From Macrostomum lignano (taxonomy: Eukaryota): a stretch of 64,000 bases of DNA. Below, piece after piece: positions 1 to 13,440 of the stretch (the first letter of the stretch is position 1; each line of letters begins with the position of its first letter). The stretch lies in assembly GCA_002269645.1 (NCBI GenBank), contig NIVC01000010.1, forward strand, positions 496,001-560,000. Reading direction: 5' to 3'. Made by a program: the position numbers and the translations under genes. A model generated the notes under the pieces. That model was not told the DNA's origin, did no database searches, and worked only from the letters and a program-made list of their open reading frames with translations.

Positions 1-1123
1 CCTGTTTCTTAATTATCAATCCCTGTTTCTTAATTATCAATCCCTGTTTCTCAATTGTCAATCCCTGTTTCTTAATTATCAATCCCTGTTTCTTAATTAT
101 CAATCCCTGTTTCTCAATTGTCAATCCCTGTTTCTTAATTATCAATCCCTGTTTCTCAATTATCAATCCCTGTTTCTCAAGTATCAATCCCGGTTTCTTA
201 ATTATCAATCCCTGTTTCTCAATTATCAATCCCTGTTTCTCAATTATCAATCCCTGTTTCTCAATTATCAATCCCTGTTTCTCAATTGTCAATCCCTGTT
301 TCTTAATTATCAATCCCTGTTTCTCAATTATCAATCCCTGTTTCTCAATTATCAATCCCTGTTTCCTAATTATCAATCCCTGTTCCTCAATTATCAATCC
401 CTTTTTCCTAATTATCAATCCCTGTTCCTCAATTATCAATCCCTGTTTCTTAATTATCAATCCCTGTTTCTCAATTATCAATCCCTGTTTCTCAATTATC
501 AATCCCTGTTTCTTAATTATCAATCCCTGTTTCTCAATTATCAATCCCTGTTTCTCAATTATCAATCCCTGTTTCCTAATTATCAATCCCTGTTCCTCAA
601 TTATCAATCCCTGTTTCTCAATTATCAATCCCTGTTTCTCAATTATCAATCCTTGTTCCTCAATTATCAATCCCTGTTTCTCAATTATCAATCCCTGTTT
701 CTCAATTATCAATCCCTGTTTCTCAATTATTAATCCCTGTTTCTCAATTATCAATCCTTATTTCTCAATTATCAATCCCTGTTTCTCAATTATCAATCCC
801 TGTTTCTCAATTATTAATCCCTGTTTCTCAATTATCAATCCTTATTTCTCAATTATCAATCCCTGTTTCTCAATTATCAATCCTTGTTTCTCAATTATCA
901 ATCCTTGTTTCTCAATTATCAATCCTTGTTTCTCAATCAATCCTTATTTCTCAATTATCAATCCCTGTTTCTTAATTATCAATCCCTGTTTCTTAATTAT
1001 CAATCCCTGTTTCTCAATTATCAATCCTTGTTTCTCAATTATCAATCTCTGTTTCTTAATTATTAATCCCTGTTTCTCAATTATCAATCTCTGTTTCTCA
1101 ATTATCAATCCTTGTTTCTCAAT
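1..1123. repeat. 21-bp minisatellite (CCTGTTTCTCAATTATCAATC), runs off the left edge
   Basis: Unit seen directly, about 50 copies with scattered variants. Confidence 0.95.
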
Positions 1124-1521
1124 TGTGGATTTTCTTTTCGAGTTAATTATTTTACTCATCAGAGCCACTAAAACCTGCATTTGCTCATCTGCGACCAGCA
1201 CACGGCCTATAGTTGTTTTGCTTGAATAGAAAGTATATTCTGTAGTTACGCTCGGCATTTCCTGTTGCCGGGCTTTTTTTCGCTGCTTAACACGAAATGA
1301 GACTTTGCCTGACAACTAGCTCGTAACTACAATCTATTAAACCACTTTAAAGCTCACTTTCAGGAAGGTTATTGACATAGATTTTATTTTGCGGGATTTA
1401 ATCGATCACTTTCCCGGACATATTGCAAGGATTATTGTATGTATCTAAATAAGCGAGCTTCTCTCTTCTCTTCCTTCGTTACTCGAGACATTTCTTAATG
1501 AAATTTTGTCTATGGTAAGAA

Positions 1522-1542
1522 TGTGGGGGCTTCGCCCCCACA
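1522..1542. other. GC-rich hairpin TGTGGGGGC-TTC-GCCCCCACA, candidate terminal structure of the Crypton
   Basis: Perfect 9-bp stem and 3-nt loop, about 180 bp downstream of the recombinase stop (minus sense). Flanked by TCTATGG (1509) and CCATAGA (1563, 1614). Confidence 0.45.
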
Positions 1543-1721
1543 CCCCCATCCCCAACTTCAACCATAGACATACAAGTATGGCTCCGGGATTTAATCACAT
1601 ACCGACCTCAAACCCATAGAATATCTTATACATAACAGCAAAACACTAATAATGATAATATTGCATGGACTTAGTTCATAGAGTTATCGTTAGTGTAATA
1701 AGTGTAATTGTAATACCTCAA

Positions 1722-2424
1722 TTAATTGCTGATGGTCACACTGCAGTCCTTGAAGTTGAAATTAATCGTCTTTTCGATCTGAACATCAGACGTTCGTTTG
1801 TAGCACCGCAGTGCTGATAGACTTCGATGTCCTGTTCTCTCCATGATGAGCTGTTCATCCACGTTTGCATGGTACAAACGAGTGGCACATGTAGCACGCA
1901 GGCTGTGATTAGTTACTCGTCCATTGATTCCTGCCTCGGTGCACACACCAAGGAAACCACTTCACACCGAGGTTGGCCAACGGTTGCAAATAGAAACGAG
2001 TCGCTCCTGCTGGACGCTTGAGTAAATATTCTTCGAATAGGCTCACATGGTACCTAGCTGGATCTGTAGACTCAAAGTGGACGACCTCCTTTGGCTTAAT
2101 TCTGGCGTGACTGTTCAATCCACCAGCGTTGGTCTTTGAAACAGTTTCACGGTATACCAAGCAACGTTTCTTGTCTCTAATCTCAATAGACAGTTGGTCT
2201 ATTCTCAAAGCGCTGTGCTCCTCTCCTCCTCTAAGGGCAAAATGTAGTCCATTAAGATAAAAAAGTGTCCTGAGTAACTTCTTCGGAGTATCATTGCCCA
2301 GCACACTGTTCCATAGCTTCTCTTCGTCGGTGTCAGAAAGCACACATACACTCACTCTCGACAGACCTCTTCCCTCTCTAGCACCAGTTTTCATTGCAGC
2401 GTCAAGACTCTCTCTAACAAGACG
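1722..2424 (-). pseudogene. Crypton-type (DUF3504-like) tyrosine recombinase, frameshifted and internally deleted
   Basis: Two minus-strand frames give ESLDAAMK...LFYLNGLHFALRGGEEH...YRETVSKT...FYLQP and MCTEAGINGRVTNHSLRATCATRLYHANVDEQLIMERTGHRSLSALRCYKR. All R-K-HxxR-H-Y catalytic positions are present. The frame breaks near 1945-1960. Confidence 0.88.
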
Positions 2425-3262
2425 CTACAATCATTTAGATTGGGGGTTCTATCATTCAGATTGGGCGCCACTATCATTTAGATTGGGCGCCACTATCGTT
2501 TAGATTGGGCGCCACTATCATTCAGACTTGGCGCTACAATCATTTAGACTTGGCGCCACTATCATTCAGATTGGGCGCTACTATCATCTAGATTGGGCGC
2601 CACTATCGTTTAGATTTGGCGGCACAATTATTTAGATTGGGCGCCACTATCATTCAGATTGGGTGCCACTATCATTTAGACTTGGCGCCACTATCTTTTA
2701 TACTTGGCGCCACCATCATTCAGATTGGGTGCCACTATCATTTAGACTTGGTGCCACTATCATTTAGACTTGGCGCCACTATCATTTAGATTGGGCGCCA
2801 CTATCATTCAGATTGGGCGCCACTATCATCTAGATTGGGCGACACTATCATTTAGACTTGGCGCCACTATCTTTTAGACTTGGCGCCACTATCTTTTAGA
2901 CTTGGCGCCACTATCATTCAGATTGGGTGCCACTATCATTTAGACTTGGCGTCATTATCGTTTAGATTTGGCGGCACAATCATTTAGATTGGGCGCCACT
3001 ATCATTCAGACTTGGCACTACAATCATTTAGACTTGGCGCCACTATCATTTATCCTTGGTGCCATTATCATTTAGACTTGGCGCCACTATCATTTAGACT
3101 TGGCGCAACTGTCTGAGAATTAGCGCCAATATCATTTACATGTAGACTTGGCGCCACTATCATTTAGACTTGGTGCCATTATTGTTTAGATTGGGCGCCA
3201 CTATCATTCAGACTTGGCGCCACTAATCCACTATCATTTAGATTGAGCGCCACTATTATCAT
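2425..3262. repeat. 22-bp minisatellite (TTGGGCGCCACTATCATTTAGA)
   Basis: Direct observation. It abuts the Crypton LDAAMK codons. Confidence 0.95.
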
Positions 3263-3896
3263 CTAGAATTTGCAGGTTCGCTTCGCTGCATTCCTAGAAA
3301 GCATCACAGTCGTCAATCGATAATTGAACAATGAAGTAGCACTAATAAAATTATCTTATTCTATGTGACTCAGTGAAGAAATGAAATCAGTGAAAGTATA
3401 TTGCTCTCTGTTTACTCAAACGCACAACTTTCTATTATTGCATTCATCATCGTGGGCTGTACAAATGCCTAGGCTTGAGCGCTGGCCTCCCAGCATCCCG
3501 GCAGCAGTTAATTAGGGCTTCATCCGGTCTCAGGTAATTGGAACTGCCGCAGCCCAAGCCTTATAGACATTGGTCAATTAGCTGCTAACTAATTCTGCCC
3601 TGTCCGCGGCCGGCCACCTCCACTGCCTGCGGGGGCAATCTTCCATCCGCAAACTTCTGCCTCTAGTAGGTAATCTAATTTTCACCTCTCCCAGCATCCG
3701 CATTGTCTGTGTTCCGATGCCAGATTGCTGCTCTCTGCAACTTTCCCGCTGGCCCCGTGAACGCCAGATGAGACGGCAAAATCGAGGGAAAAAATCAGAG
3801 CGGGGCGTTGCGTGCGCTGGCTGGAGGTTTTGAATTTCCTATTTCTTTCGATTGTTTCTTTTACCAGAAACTCACTAACTAATGATTCAATTAGCG

Positions 3897-3938
3897 ACTG
3901 ACAGACAGACAGATAGGCATGGACAGACAGACAGACAG

Positions 3939-4028
<90 letters not shown>

Positions 4029-4052
4029 GGACAGACACAGACAGGCAGACCC

Positions 4053-4083
<31 letters not shown>

Positions 4084-4130
4084 CACAGACAGACACAAAC
4101 ACAGACACAAATACAGACAGTTACAGACGG
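3897..4130. repeat. (GACA)n microsatellite
   Basis: Direct observation. Confidence 0.95.
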
Positions 4131-4769
4131 AATCAGAGACAGGCAAAGTAGCAAACATAACAAACAATTTGAAGGCCAAACAGACCCAAACTTGCTGACA
4201 AAAGCTAAAGATCACAGTCAGTTTGCTCTCGACTTGAATTGCAAATCGTCAGAAATGTCTATCAATATTTAATGTGAAAGTTTGCGGACTTCAACTGGCA
4301 CATCATGCACTTATTGTAAGATATACCGAGATGAAAAGAAGGATGTTATTTCATTCCTCTCCCAGCTCATAACTACTGTTTGGCTTGATAAATGACCGCG
4401 GACACACTGCACAGATCTGCATGCCAGCCGTCCTCAACCCAGATACACTGTGGAGCTCTTTCCATCCTAGTAGGGCATTCCTCTTCATCTTTGGCCTCGT
4501 CTCTAACTCAAAATTAGCACCTACTTTTGCATTGGGAATATTCTTTTTTAGTATTGTTTGACTCATCAGTTCTTTGCTTCTCGCGTCTGGCGCTTCTGGT
4601 TTAACTACAAATTTCCTGTTACAGTGACGGATGAAGCTGACCTGTAAAATTGCTGGTTTATAGTTTTTTGGCCCTTATTTATGACTCAAGTGTTTTTATG
4701 ACTCAAGTGTCTGACTACTCAAATTGCAGTGGTGTTTATTTGTACTGGATAAATTTCTAACAGCACCAA

Positions 4770-5930
4770 TTGTTTGTTTATCCGTAACGATTTTATGTTT
4801 ATCAATAACGATTGTGTGTTTATCAATAACGATTGTGCGTTTGTCCATAACGATTGTGTGTTTATCAATAACGAGTGTGTGTTTATCAATAACGATTGTG
4901 TGTTTATCAGTACCGATTGTGCGTTTATCCATAACGATTGTGTGTTTATCCATAACGATTGTGTGTTTATCTATAAAGATTTCTATTTATCAGAACCGAT
5001 TGTGTGTTTATCCATAGCGATTGTGTGTTTATCCATAGCGATTGTGTGTTTATCAGTACCGATTTTGTGTTTATCAGTACCTATTGTGTATTTATCAGTA
5101 CCGATTTTGTGTTTATCAGTACCTATTGTGCATTTATCAGTACCGATTGTGTGTTTATCAGTACCGATTGTGTTTATCCATAACGATTGTGTGTTTATCA
5201 GTACCGATTGTGTGTTTATCAATAACAATTGTGTTTTTATCAGTACCGATTGTATGTTTACCCATAACGATTGTGTGTTTATCAGTACCGATTGTGTGTT
5301 TATCAATAACGATTGTGTGTTTACCCATAACGATTGTGCGTTTATCCATAACGATTGTGTGCTTATCCATAACGATTGTGTGTTTATCCATAACGATTGT
5401 GTGTTTATCCATAACGATTGTGTGTTTATCCATAACGATTGTGCGTTTATCAATATCGATTGTGTGTTTATCCATAACGATTGTGTGTTTATCCATAACG
5501 ATTGTGCGTTTATCAATATCGATTGTGTGCTTATCCATAACGATTGTGTGTTTATCAATATCGATTGTGTGCTTATCCATAACGATTGTGTGTTTATCCA
5601 TAACGATTGTGCGTTTATCAATATCGATTGTGTGTTTATCCATAACGATTGTGTGTTTATCCATAACGATTGTGCGTTTATCAATATCGATTGTGTGCTT
5701 ATCCATAACGATTGTGTGTTTATCAATATCGATTGTGTGCTTATCCATAACGATTGTGTGTTTATCCATAACGATTGTGCGTTTATCCATAACGATTGTG
5801 CGTTTATCAGTACCGATTGTGTGTTTATCAATAAAGATTGTGCGTTTGTCCATAACGATTGTGTGCTTATCCATACGATTGTGTGTTTATCCATACGATT
5901 GTGTGTTTATCCATACGATTGTGTGCTTAT
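4770..5930. repeat. 21-bp minisatellite (ACGATTGTGTGTTTATCCATA)
   Basis: Direct observation. It explains the 7-aa-periodic ORFs at 4696-5970. Confidence 0.95.
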
Positions 5931-6501
5931 TGCTCGTAGTATAGATAGATTGTGCGTTGATTCACAATGATTGTGTGATTATCAGCACTATTAGTTTGTT
6001 TACCAGTACCAACTGAGTGTTTATTGATACATCAATTCTGTGTTTATCAGTAGCTATTATCAGTACTTCAAATTATAGTCCGACCGACTCTACGAGCGTA
6101 TGCAATGCTTTGAAAAAGAAGATTTAAACCAGATTAAGAATGAACCCGAGCCCAGAATGCTACAACTGTGCGTCCCCGGATGTGCGAGCGAGTATCGAGG
6201 CTGTTCGGCTACTTTTTTCATTTTCGAACATTTCTAGGCAAGAAAACTTATTCATAAGCCGCTTGTCAATTGCCGGATGAGACTCGAATAGAAATTATAG
6301 ATGGCTTTTAACATTTTCTCTCAATCATACAGACACGAATATCAGATATTTTTGGCTGATTTCTAATCGCGCAGTCCGTATCGTTCGGAAAGAAATTCCA
6401 GCCCGTACGCTATCCGGAAGCGTGCGCAGCGGATCAGAGGTGAGGCTTGGACAGTGCGACTCAACTGGACCAGGTGTGCGGCTTCTCTGTCTCTATGCAG
6501 G

Positions 6502-6504
<3 letters not shown>

Positions 6505-6596
<92 letters not shown>

Positions 6597-7103
6597 AAGA
6601 GAATAAGACAGGGTGAGAGTGAGACAGAGAGAGAGTGAGACAGGCAGAGTGTGAGACAGGCAAAGGGTGAGACAGGCAGAGGGTGAGACAGGGAGAGGGT
6701 GAGACAGGCAGAGAGTGAGATAGGCAGAGGGTGAGACAGGCAGAGGGTGGGACAGGGAGAGGGTGAGACAGGCAGAGGGTGAGACAGGCAGAGGGTGAGA
6801 CAGGCAGAGGGTGAGACAGGCAGAGGGTGAGACAGGCAGAGGGTGGGACAGGCAGAGGGTGAGACAGGCAGAGGGTGAGACAGGCAGAGGGTGAGACAGG
6901 CAGAGGGTGAGACAGGCAGAGGGTGAGACAGGCAGAGGGTGAGACAGGCAGAGGGTGAGACAGGCAGAGGGTGAGACAGGCAGAGGGTGAGACAGGCAGA
7001 GGGTGAGATAGGCAGAGGGTGGGACAGGGAGAGGGTGGGACAGGGAGAGGGTGAGACAGGCAGAGGGTGAGACAGGCAGAGGGTGAGACAGGCAGAGGGT
7101 GAG
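6505..7103. repeat. (GA)n tract followed by a 16-bp minisatellite (GGGTGAGACAGGCAGA)
   Basis: Direct observation. Confidence 0.95.
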
Positions 7104-7849
7104 ATCTGAGATAAGCCATGCTATTCGCAGTCTCACTACAATCTGAGCACACATTGGAGAGCGCGCGGGTTCCTCTTCATTGGTTTCTGGGCCGCACAGG
7201 GACTCCTGGTGAAGAGAATCAGATGAAGATCTGTGCCCGCTCTCGTCAATGAAAATTGTGAGCATCAGGCTGCAGCTCGAGCAGTGGAGCGGCCATTCGG
7301 TTGGTCATTTTCCCCGCAACGCTCTGAAATCCCATCGCCGGCTCATTCAGCCTAAATGATCCCCCCAACCGTCTCATATTTCTGAGCGCGGCTGGCATGG
7401 GGGAAAATTGCAGAGAGGAAGGGAAGAACATATTTTTGTCCCCGGCGGCTGGTCTCTCCGGGCTCGCCTAGCAACACAATTCATCTATCTGCTGTAGGCG
7501 TGAGGATTAACCATAGTGCGAATTATCACTATCCCGGATACTCTCTCAGATCGTAAATCTGGGGGGGGGGGGCGCAGCTCTAACGAATCCCCCGGCACTG
7601 CTAGCTGAGACCTGATGATGAGATGAGATGAATTGGATTTCTTGATTGAAAAAAAAGATGTTAACGATTTTCGAATGCTTCGATTAAAAAATTAGCATTG
7701 GATTAGAAGTGCAGATTAATTAGGGAAAGGTTGCACATGCAAGCTGCTTTCGGCATAGATTTTCGATATGGTTGACAAGGAGTTGGGATACGGCAAGACC
7801 GTTAGATAAAATGTGATTAAAATAGAGATAAAATCTCTCCATAAACAGT

Positions 7850-8735
7850 AAGATAAACTGTGAGATAAACGGTGAGAAAAACAGTGAGAAAAACTGTGAG
7901 ATAAACTGGGAGATGAACAGTGAGATAAAATGTTAGATAAACGGTTAGAAAAACAGTGAGATAAAATGTTAGATAAACGGTTAGAAAAACAGTGAGATAA
8001 AATGTTAGATAAACGGTGAGATAAACAGTGAGATAAAATGTTAGATAAACGGTGAGATAAAATGTTAGATAAACGGTGAGATAAACAGTGAGATAAAATT
8101 CTAGATAAACGGTGAGATAAAATGTTAGAAAAACAGTGAGATAAAATGTTAGATAAACGGTTAGAAAAACAGTGAGATAAAATGTTAGATAAACGGTTAG
8201 AAAAACAGTGAGATAAAATGTTAGATAAACGGTTAGAAAAACAGTGAGATAAAATGTTAGATAAACGGTTAGAAAAACAGTGAGATAAAATGTTAGATAA
8301 ACGGTGAGATAAACGGTGAGAGAAAATGTTAGATAAACGGTGAGATAAACTGTGAGATAAAATGTTAGATAAACGGTTAGATAAACAGTGAGATAAAATG
8401 TTAGATAAAATGTTAGAAAAACAGTGAGATAAAATGTTAGATAAACGGTGAGATAAACAGTGAGATAAAATGCTAGATAAACGGTGAGATAAAATGTTAG
8501 ATAAACGGTTAGAAAAACAGTGAGATAAAATGTTAGATAAACGGTGAGATAAACAGTGAGATAAAATATTAGATAAACGGTGAGATAAACAGTGAGATAA
8601 AATGTTAGATAAACGGTGAGATAAAATGTTAGATAAACGGTGAGATAAACGGTGAAATAAAATGTTAGATAAACGGTGAGATAAACGGTGAGATAAAATG
8701 TTAGAAAAACGGTGAGATAGACAGTGAGATAAACT
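7850..8735. repeat. 12-bp-based minisatellite (GTGAGATAAAAT / GTTAGATAAACG / GTTAGAAAAACA variants)
   Basis: Direct observation. Confidence 0.93.
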
Positions 8736-9539
8736 ATGATACAGGCAGGGAGATAGAATGAGACAAAAAGTGACACAGTGAGTGACACAGACAGCTTAAG
8801 ATAAAAGTTGTGAGATAAAACTGTTCTGAAACTTTACCTCATCTGTTTGCAGTTTTGCTATAGTGCGTCGCTTGATTCACGCTGCACCTGACAGCTTCAA
8901 GAAAAAAAAATAATTCTAGCATATATTAATGCTCATCAATTCCCTCTATTCACTGCTCCTAGGTCGGCCGTCCTTCGCATGGGGACATGCCAAAAATTGG
9001 AATATGGAGCTATTTTGAGAAGCCGGTGACATGAATGGTAATAAACCTGTCAGCGGGTGACTGGAGGAGAGAGGAGCCACTTCGAGCCAAGGAGGACTAA
9101 GTCAAAATCTGGATCGGAGTGAAAACGTCCAGAAAAAATCTGGATCGGAGTGAAAGCGGCATTTAATTTTAAATCGTCAGGAGGTCGATTGTAGTTGATC
9201 CTTGACCAGAGTTCCCTGCTCATTCAGTCTTGAAATAAGACAGAAGAGTAAGAAAATATGATGATGATTCTGGGAGAAACCGGGACACACTCCAGTTGCT
9301 GCTTCAAGAGTCTCCATGGTTGAGGCTGGAAGGGAGGCAGCTGTCAAAGCGGATGTTGACTTGAAGGAAAAGATTTTTCAGGTGGGATTTAGAGGGAAAT
9401 AATAAGTTGGGGCGCACTGTCTGGTAGCGCATCGAAGCGTGGAGGAGCGAAACGGTCATTTTGGAAGATGCAACTCGACCAATAGCCGGATTTTTTCGGA
9501 TTCTTCTTTTTCGGAGGTATAAATGAGTCGAGTTTTAGC

Positions 9540-10075
9540 ACCAAGGGGTGAACATGCACCAAGGGTGAACATACACCAAGGGGTGAACATGCACCAAGGT
9601 GTGAACATGCACCAAGGTGTGAACATGCACCAAGGTGTGAACATGCACCAAGGTGTGTGAAGAATCGCAAAGGTGTGAACAAGAGCCAAGGTGTGTGAAG
9701 AAGTGCCAAGGTGTATGAAGAATCGCAAAGGTCTGTGAATAAGCGCCAATGTGTGTGAACAAGCGCCAAGTTGAGAAAAAGCGCCAAGGTGTGAACAGGC
9801 GCCAAGGTGTGTGAACAAGCGCCAAGGTGTATGAAAAAGCGTCAAGGTGTGTGAAGAGGCGCCAAGGTTAGAACAAGCACCAAGGTGTGTGAACAAGAGC
9901 CAAGGTGTGAACAAGCACCAAGGTGTGTGAACAAGCACCAAGGTGTGTGAACAAGAGCCAAGGTGTGTGAACAAGCACCAAGGTGTGTGAACAAGCACCA
10001 AGGTGTGTGAACAAGAGCCAAGGTGTGTGAACAAGCGCCAAGGCGTGAACAAGCGCCAAGGTGTGTGAACAAGCG
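9540..10075. repeat. 20/22-bp minisatellite (CCAAGGTGTG(TG)AACAAGCR)
   Basis: Direct observation. Confidence 0.9.
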
Positions 10076-10904
10076 CAGAGTTTAATCACTAAGCGCACTG
10101 AAGTGTAAGTTTATTGTGACATTTAGTCAAGGCGCGGATTCTTAGAAAAAGGCAATAGCTGAGCACTTTAAGCACCCTCTAAATACAGGCTGCTAATTCC
10201 AGCGCTTCCTTGTTAAGCTAAGCTATTTTACTTTCATTTTCTAGTTTCTTTTCTAAATACTTCGCGGAAAAAGAAAAATTGCTATTGGATTGGAACTTCC
10301 TCGTGGATTAGGCTGCTTTTTTTCTAGGTCGGGATTCAGGCTTGTCTTATGGTTAGAAAAATGCAAGAGGCGGGGCGAAGCCTTGAGAAAGAAGTACGAG
10401 AGCTTTACCAGCTGGGCGATAATCCAGCAGGAAGTGTCTGAGCAGTGATTGGAATCTGCCACGATACCCGCTGGGACTCTCTGTTTTCTTGCCTGAATAG
10501 AAAGATGGATGGATAGAATGATAAACCTGTCAATCAATGACCAATCCACTTCTCAGAGATCTGCTCTCTGAAGTTTCTGCTTGTTAAACTGATTTTGCTA
10601 TTTAACTGGGGCTGGGAAGGCTGAGCGTAATACTCTAAGCTGAGTTGATGGACCGACAGCTGGGCGGATGTTGCCCAGAGAAGCGTCTAATGCAGTTTGT
10701 GTTTATTTTACTAGAGCTGAGGGGAAGATTGGAGGAAATTGCGGCGGTCATTTCTAAAAAAGTTATGGTTATTCAACTATTAACTTTAAGTTGGAGTTGT
10801 GCACTTTTGGAGGCTGAGGGGATTGCACCGGGTGCGTGAGGGTAAGGCGTGCCGATGCTGGGTAAGATGAGGACTTGAAGAAATTGATTGGATTGAAGCG
10901 GATG

Positions 10905-13440
10905 AAGTGTGTGTGGTGTCCGTAGCTGAAGTGTGGGGTGTCCGTAGCTGAAGTGTGTGGGGTGTCCGTAGCTGAAGTATGTGGGGTGTCCGTAGCTGAA
11001 GTGTGTGGGGTGTCCGTAGCTGAAGTGTGTGTGGTGTCCGTAGCTGAAGTGTGGGGTGTCCGTAGCTGAAGTGTGTGGGGTGTCCGTAGCTGAAGTGTGT
11101 GGGGTGTCCGTGGCTGAAGTGTGTGGGGTGTCCGTAGCTGAAGTGTGTGGGGTGTCCGTAGCTGAAGTGTGTGGGGTGTCCGTAGCTGAAGTGTGTGTGG
11201 TGTCCGTAGCTGAAGTGTGGGGTGTCCGTAGCTGAAGTGTGTGGGGTGTCCGTAGCTGAAGTGTGTGGGGTGTCCGTAGCTGAAGTATGTGGGGTGTCCG
11301 TAGCTGAAGTGTGTGGGGTGTCCGTAGCTGAAGTGTGTGTGGTGTCCGTAGCTGAAGTGTGGGGTGTCCGTAGCTGAAGTGTGTGGGGTGTCCGTAGCTG
11401 AAGTGTGTGGGGTGTCCGTGGCTGAAGTGTGTGGGGTGTCCGTAGCTGAAGTGTGTGGGGTGTCCGTAGCTGAAGTGTGTGGGGTGTCCGTAGCTGAAGT
11501 GTGTGGGGTGTCCGTAGCTGAAGTGTGTGGGGTGTCGGTAGCTGAAGTGTGTGGGGTGTCCGTAGCTGAAGTGTGTGGGGTGTCCGTAGCTGAAGTGTGT
11601 GGGGTGTCCGTAGCTGAAGTGTGTGGGGTGTCCGTGGCTGAAGTGTGTGGGGTGTCGGTAGCTGAAGTGTGTGGGGTGTCCGTAGCTGAAGTGTGTGGGG
11701 TGTCCGTAGCTGAAGTGTGTGGGGTGTCCGTAGCTGAAGTGTGTGGGGTGTCCGTAGCTGAAGTGTGTGGGGTGTCCGTGGCTGAAGTGTGTGGGGTGTC
11801 CGTAGCTGAAGTGTGTGGGGTGTCCGTGGCTGAAGTGTGTGGGGTGTCCGTAGCTGAAGTGTGTGGGGTGTCGGTAGCTGAAGTGTGTGGGGTGTCCGTA
11901 GCTGAAGTGTGTGGGGTGTCCGTAGCTGAAGTGTGTGGGGTGTCCGTGGCTCAAGTGTGTGGGGTGTCCGTGGCTGAAGTGTGTGGGGTGTCCGTAGCTG
12001 AAGTGTGTGGGGTGTCCGTAGCTGAAGTGTGTGGGGTGTCCGTAGCTGAAGTGTGTGGGGTGTCCGTGGCTCAAGTGTGTGGGGTGTCCGTAGCTGAAGT
12101 GTGTGGGGTGTCCGTAGCTGAAGTGTGTGGTGTGTCCGTGGCTCAAGTGTGTGGGGTGTCCGTAGCTGAAGTGTGTGGGGTGTCCGTAGCTGAAGTGTGT
12201 GGGGTGTCCGTAGCTGAAGTGTGTGGGGTGTCCGTAGCTGAAGTGTGTGGGGTGTCCGTGGCTGAAGTGTGTGGGGTGTCCGTAGCTGAAGTGTGTGGGG
12301 TGTCCGTAGCTGAAGTATGTGGGGTGTCCGTTGCTGAAGTGTGTGGGGTGTCCGTGGCTGAAGTGTGTGGGGTGTCCGTAGCTGAAGTGTGTGGGGTGTC
12401 CGTAGCTGAAGTATGTGGGGTGTCCGTAGCTGAAGTGTGTGGGTCGTCCGTGGCTGAAGTGTGTGGGGTGTCCGTAGCTGAAGTGTGTGGGGTGCCCGTG
12501 GCTGACGTGTGGTGTGTCCGTAGCTGACGTGTGGGGTGTCCGTAGCTGAAGTGCGTGGGGTGTCCGTAGCTGAAGTGTGGGGTTTTCGTAGATGAAGTGT
12601 GGGGTGTCCGCAGCTGAAGATTGGGGTGTCCGTAGATAAGGTGTGGCCGGGTGTCCGTAGATGAAGTGTGGGGTGTCCGCAGTTGAAGATTGGGGTGTCC
12701 GTAGATAAGGTGTGGGGTGTCCGCAGTTGAAGATTGGGGTGTCCGTAGATAAGGTGTGGCCGGGTGTCCGTTGATGAGGTGTGGAGTGTCCGTAGATGAG
12801 GCGTGGAGTGTCCGTAGCTGACGTGTGGGGTGTCCGTAGATGAGGTGTGGGTGTCCGTAGATGAGGTGTGGAGTGTCCGTAGCTGACGTGTGGGGTGTCC
12901 GTAGATGAGGTGTGGGTGTCCGTAGATGAGGTGTGGAGTGTCCGTAGCTGACGTGTGGGGTGTCCGTAGATGAGGTGTGGGGTGTCCGTAAATGTGATGT
13001 GGGGTGTCCGTAGATGAGGTGTGGGGTGTCCGTAGATGAAGTGTGGGGTGTCCGCAGCTGAAGATTGGGGTGTCCGTAGATAAGGTGTGGCCGGGTGTCC
13101 GTAGATGAAGTGTGGGGTGTCCGCAGTTGAAGATTGGGGTGTCCGTAGATAAGGTGTGGGGTGTCCGCAGTTGAAGATTGGGGTGTCCGTAGATAAGGTG
13201 TGGCCGGGTGTCCCTAGATGAGGTGTGGGGTGTCCGTAGATGAGGTGTGGAGTGTCCGTAGCTGACGTGTGGGGTGTCCGTAGATGAGGTGTGGGGTGTC
13301 CGTAGATGAGGTGTGGGGTGTCCGTAGATGAGGTGTGGAGTGTCCGTAGCTGACGTGTGGCGTGTCCGTAGATGAGGTGTGGGGTGTCCGTAGATGAGGT
13401 GTGGGGTGTCCGTAGATGAGGTGTGGGGTGTACGTAGATG
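10905..13440. repeat. Compound 24/22-bp minisatellite (GTCCGTAGCTGAAGTGTGTGGGGT grading into GTCCGTAGATGAGGTGTGGGGT)
   Basis: Direct observation. It is the source of the spurious 915/921-aa ORFs. Confidence 0.95.

Noticed and set aside
944-1315. 123-aa minus-strand ORF
   Set aside because: Non-ATG start and the C-terminal half is the 21-bp repeat. The unique part could be an exon but has no support.
4770-5930. TTATCCATA resembling bacterial DnaA boxes in tandem
   Set aside because: Eukaryotic context, imperfect match, and simply part of a minisatellite unit.
6370-7260. Plus-strand exon pair flanking the GA/16-bp repeats (CAG|GTAGGA ... TTCGCAG|)
   Set aside because: Splice-like signals exist on both strands, but no join gave a convincing continuing frame. 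The strand is unresolved.
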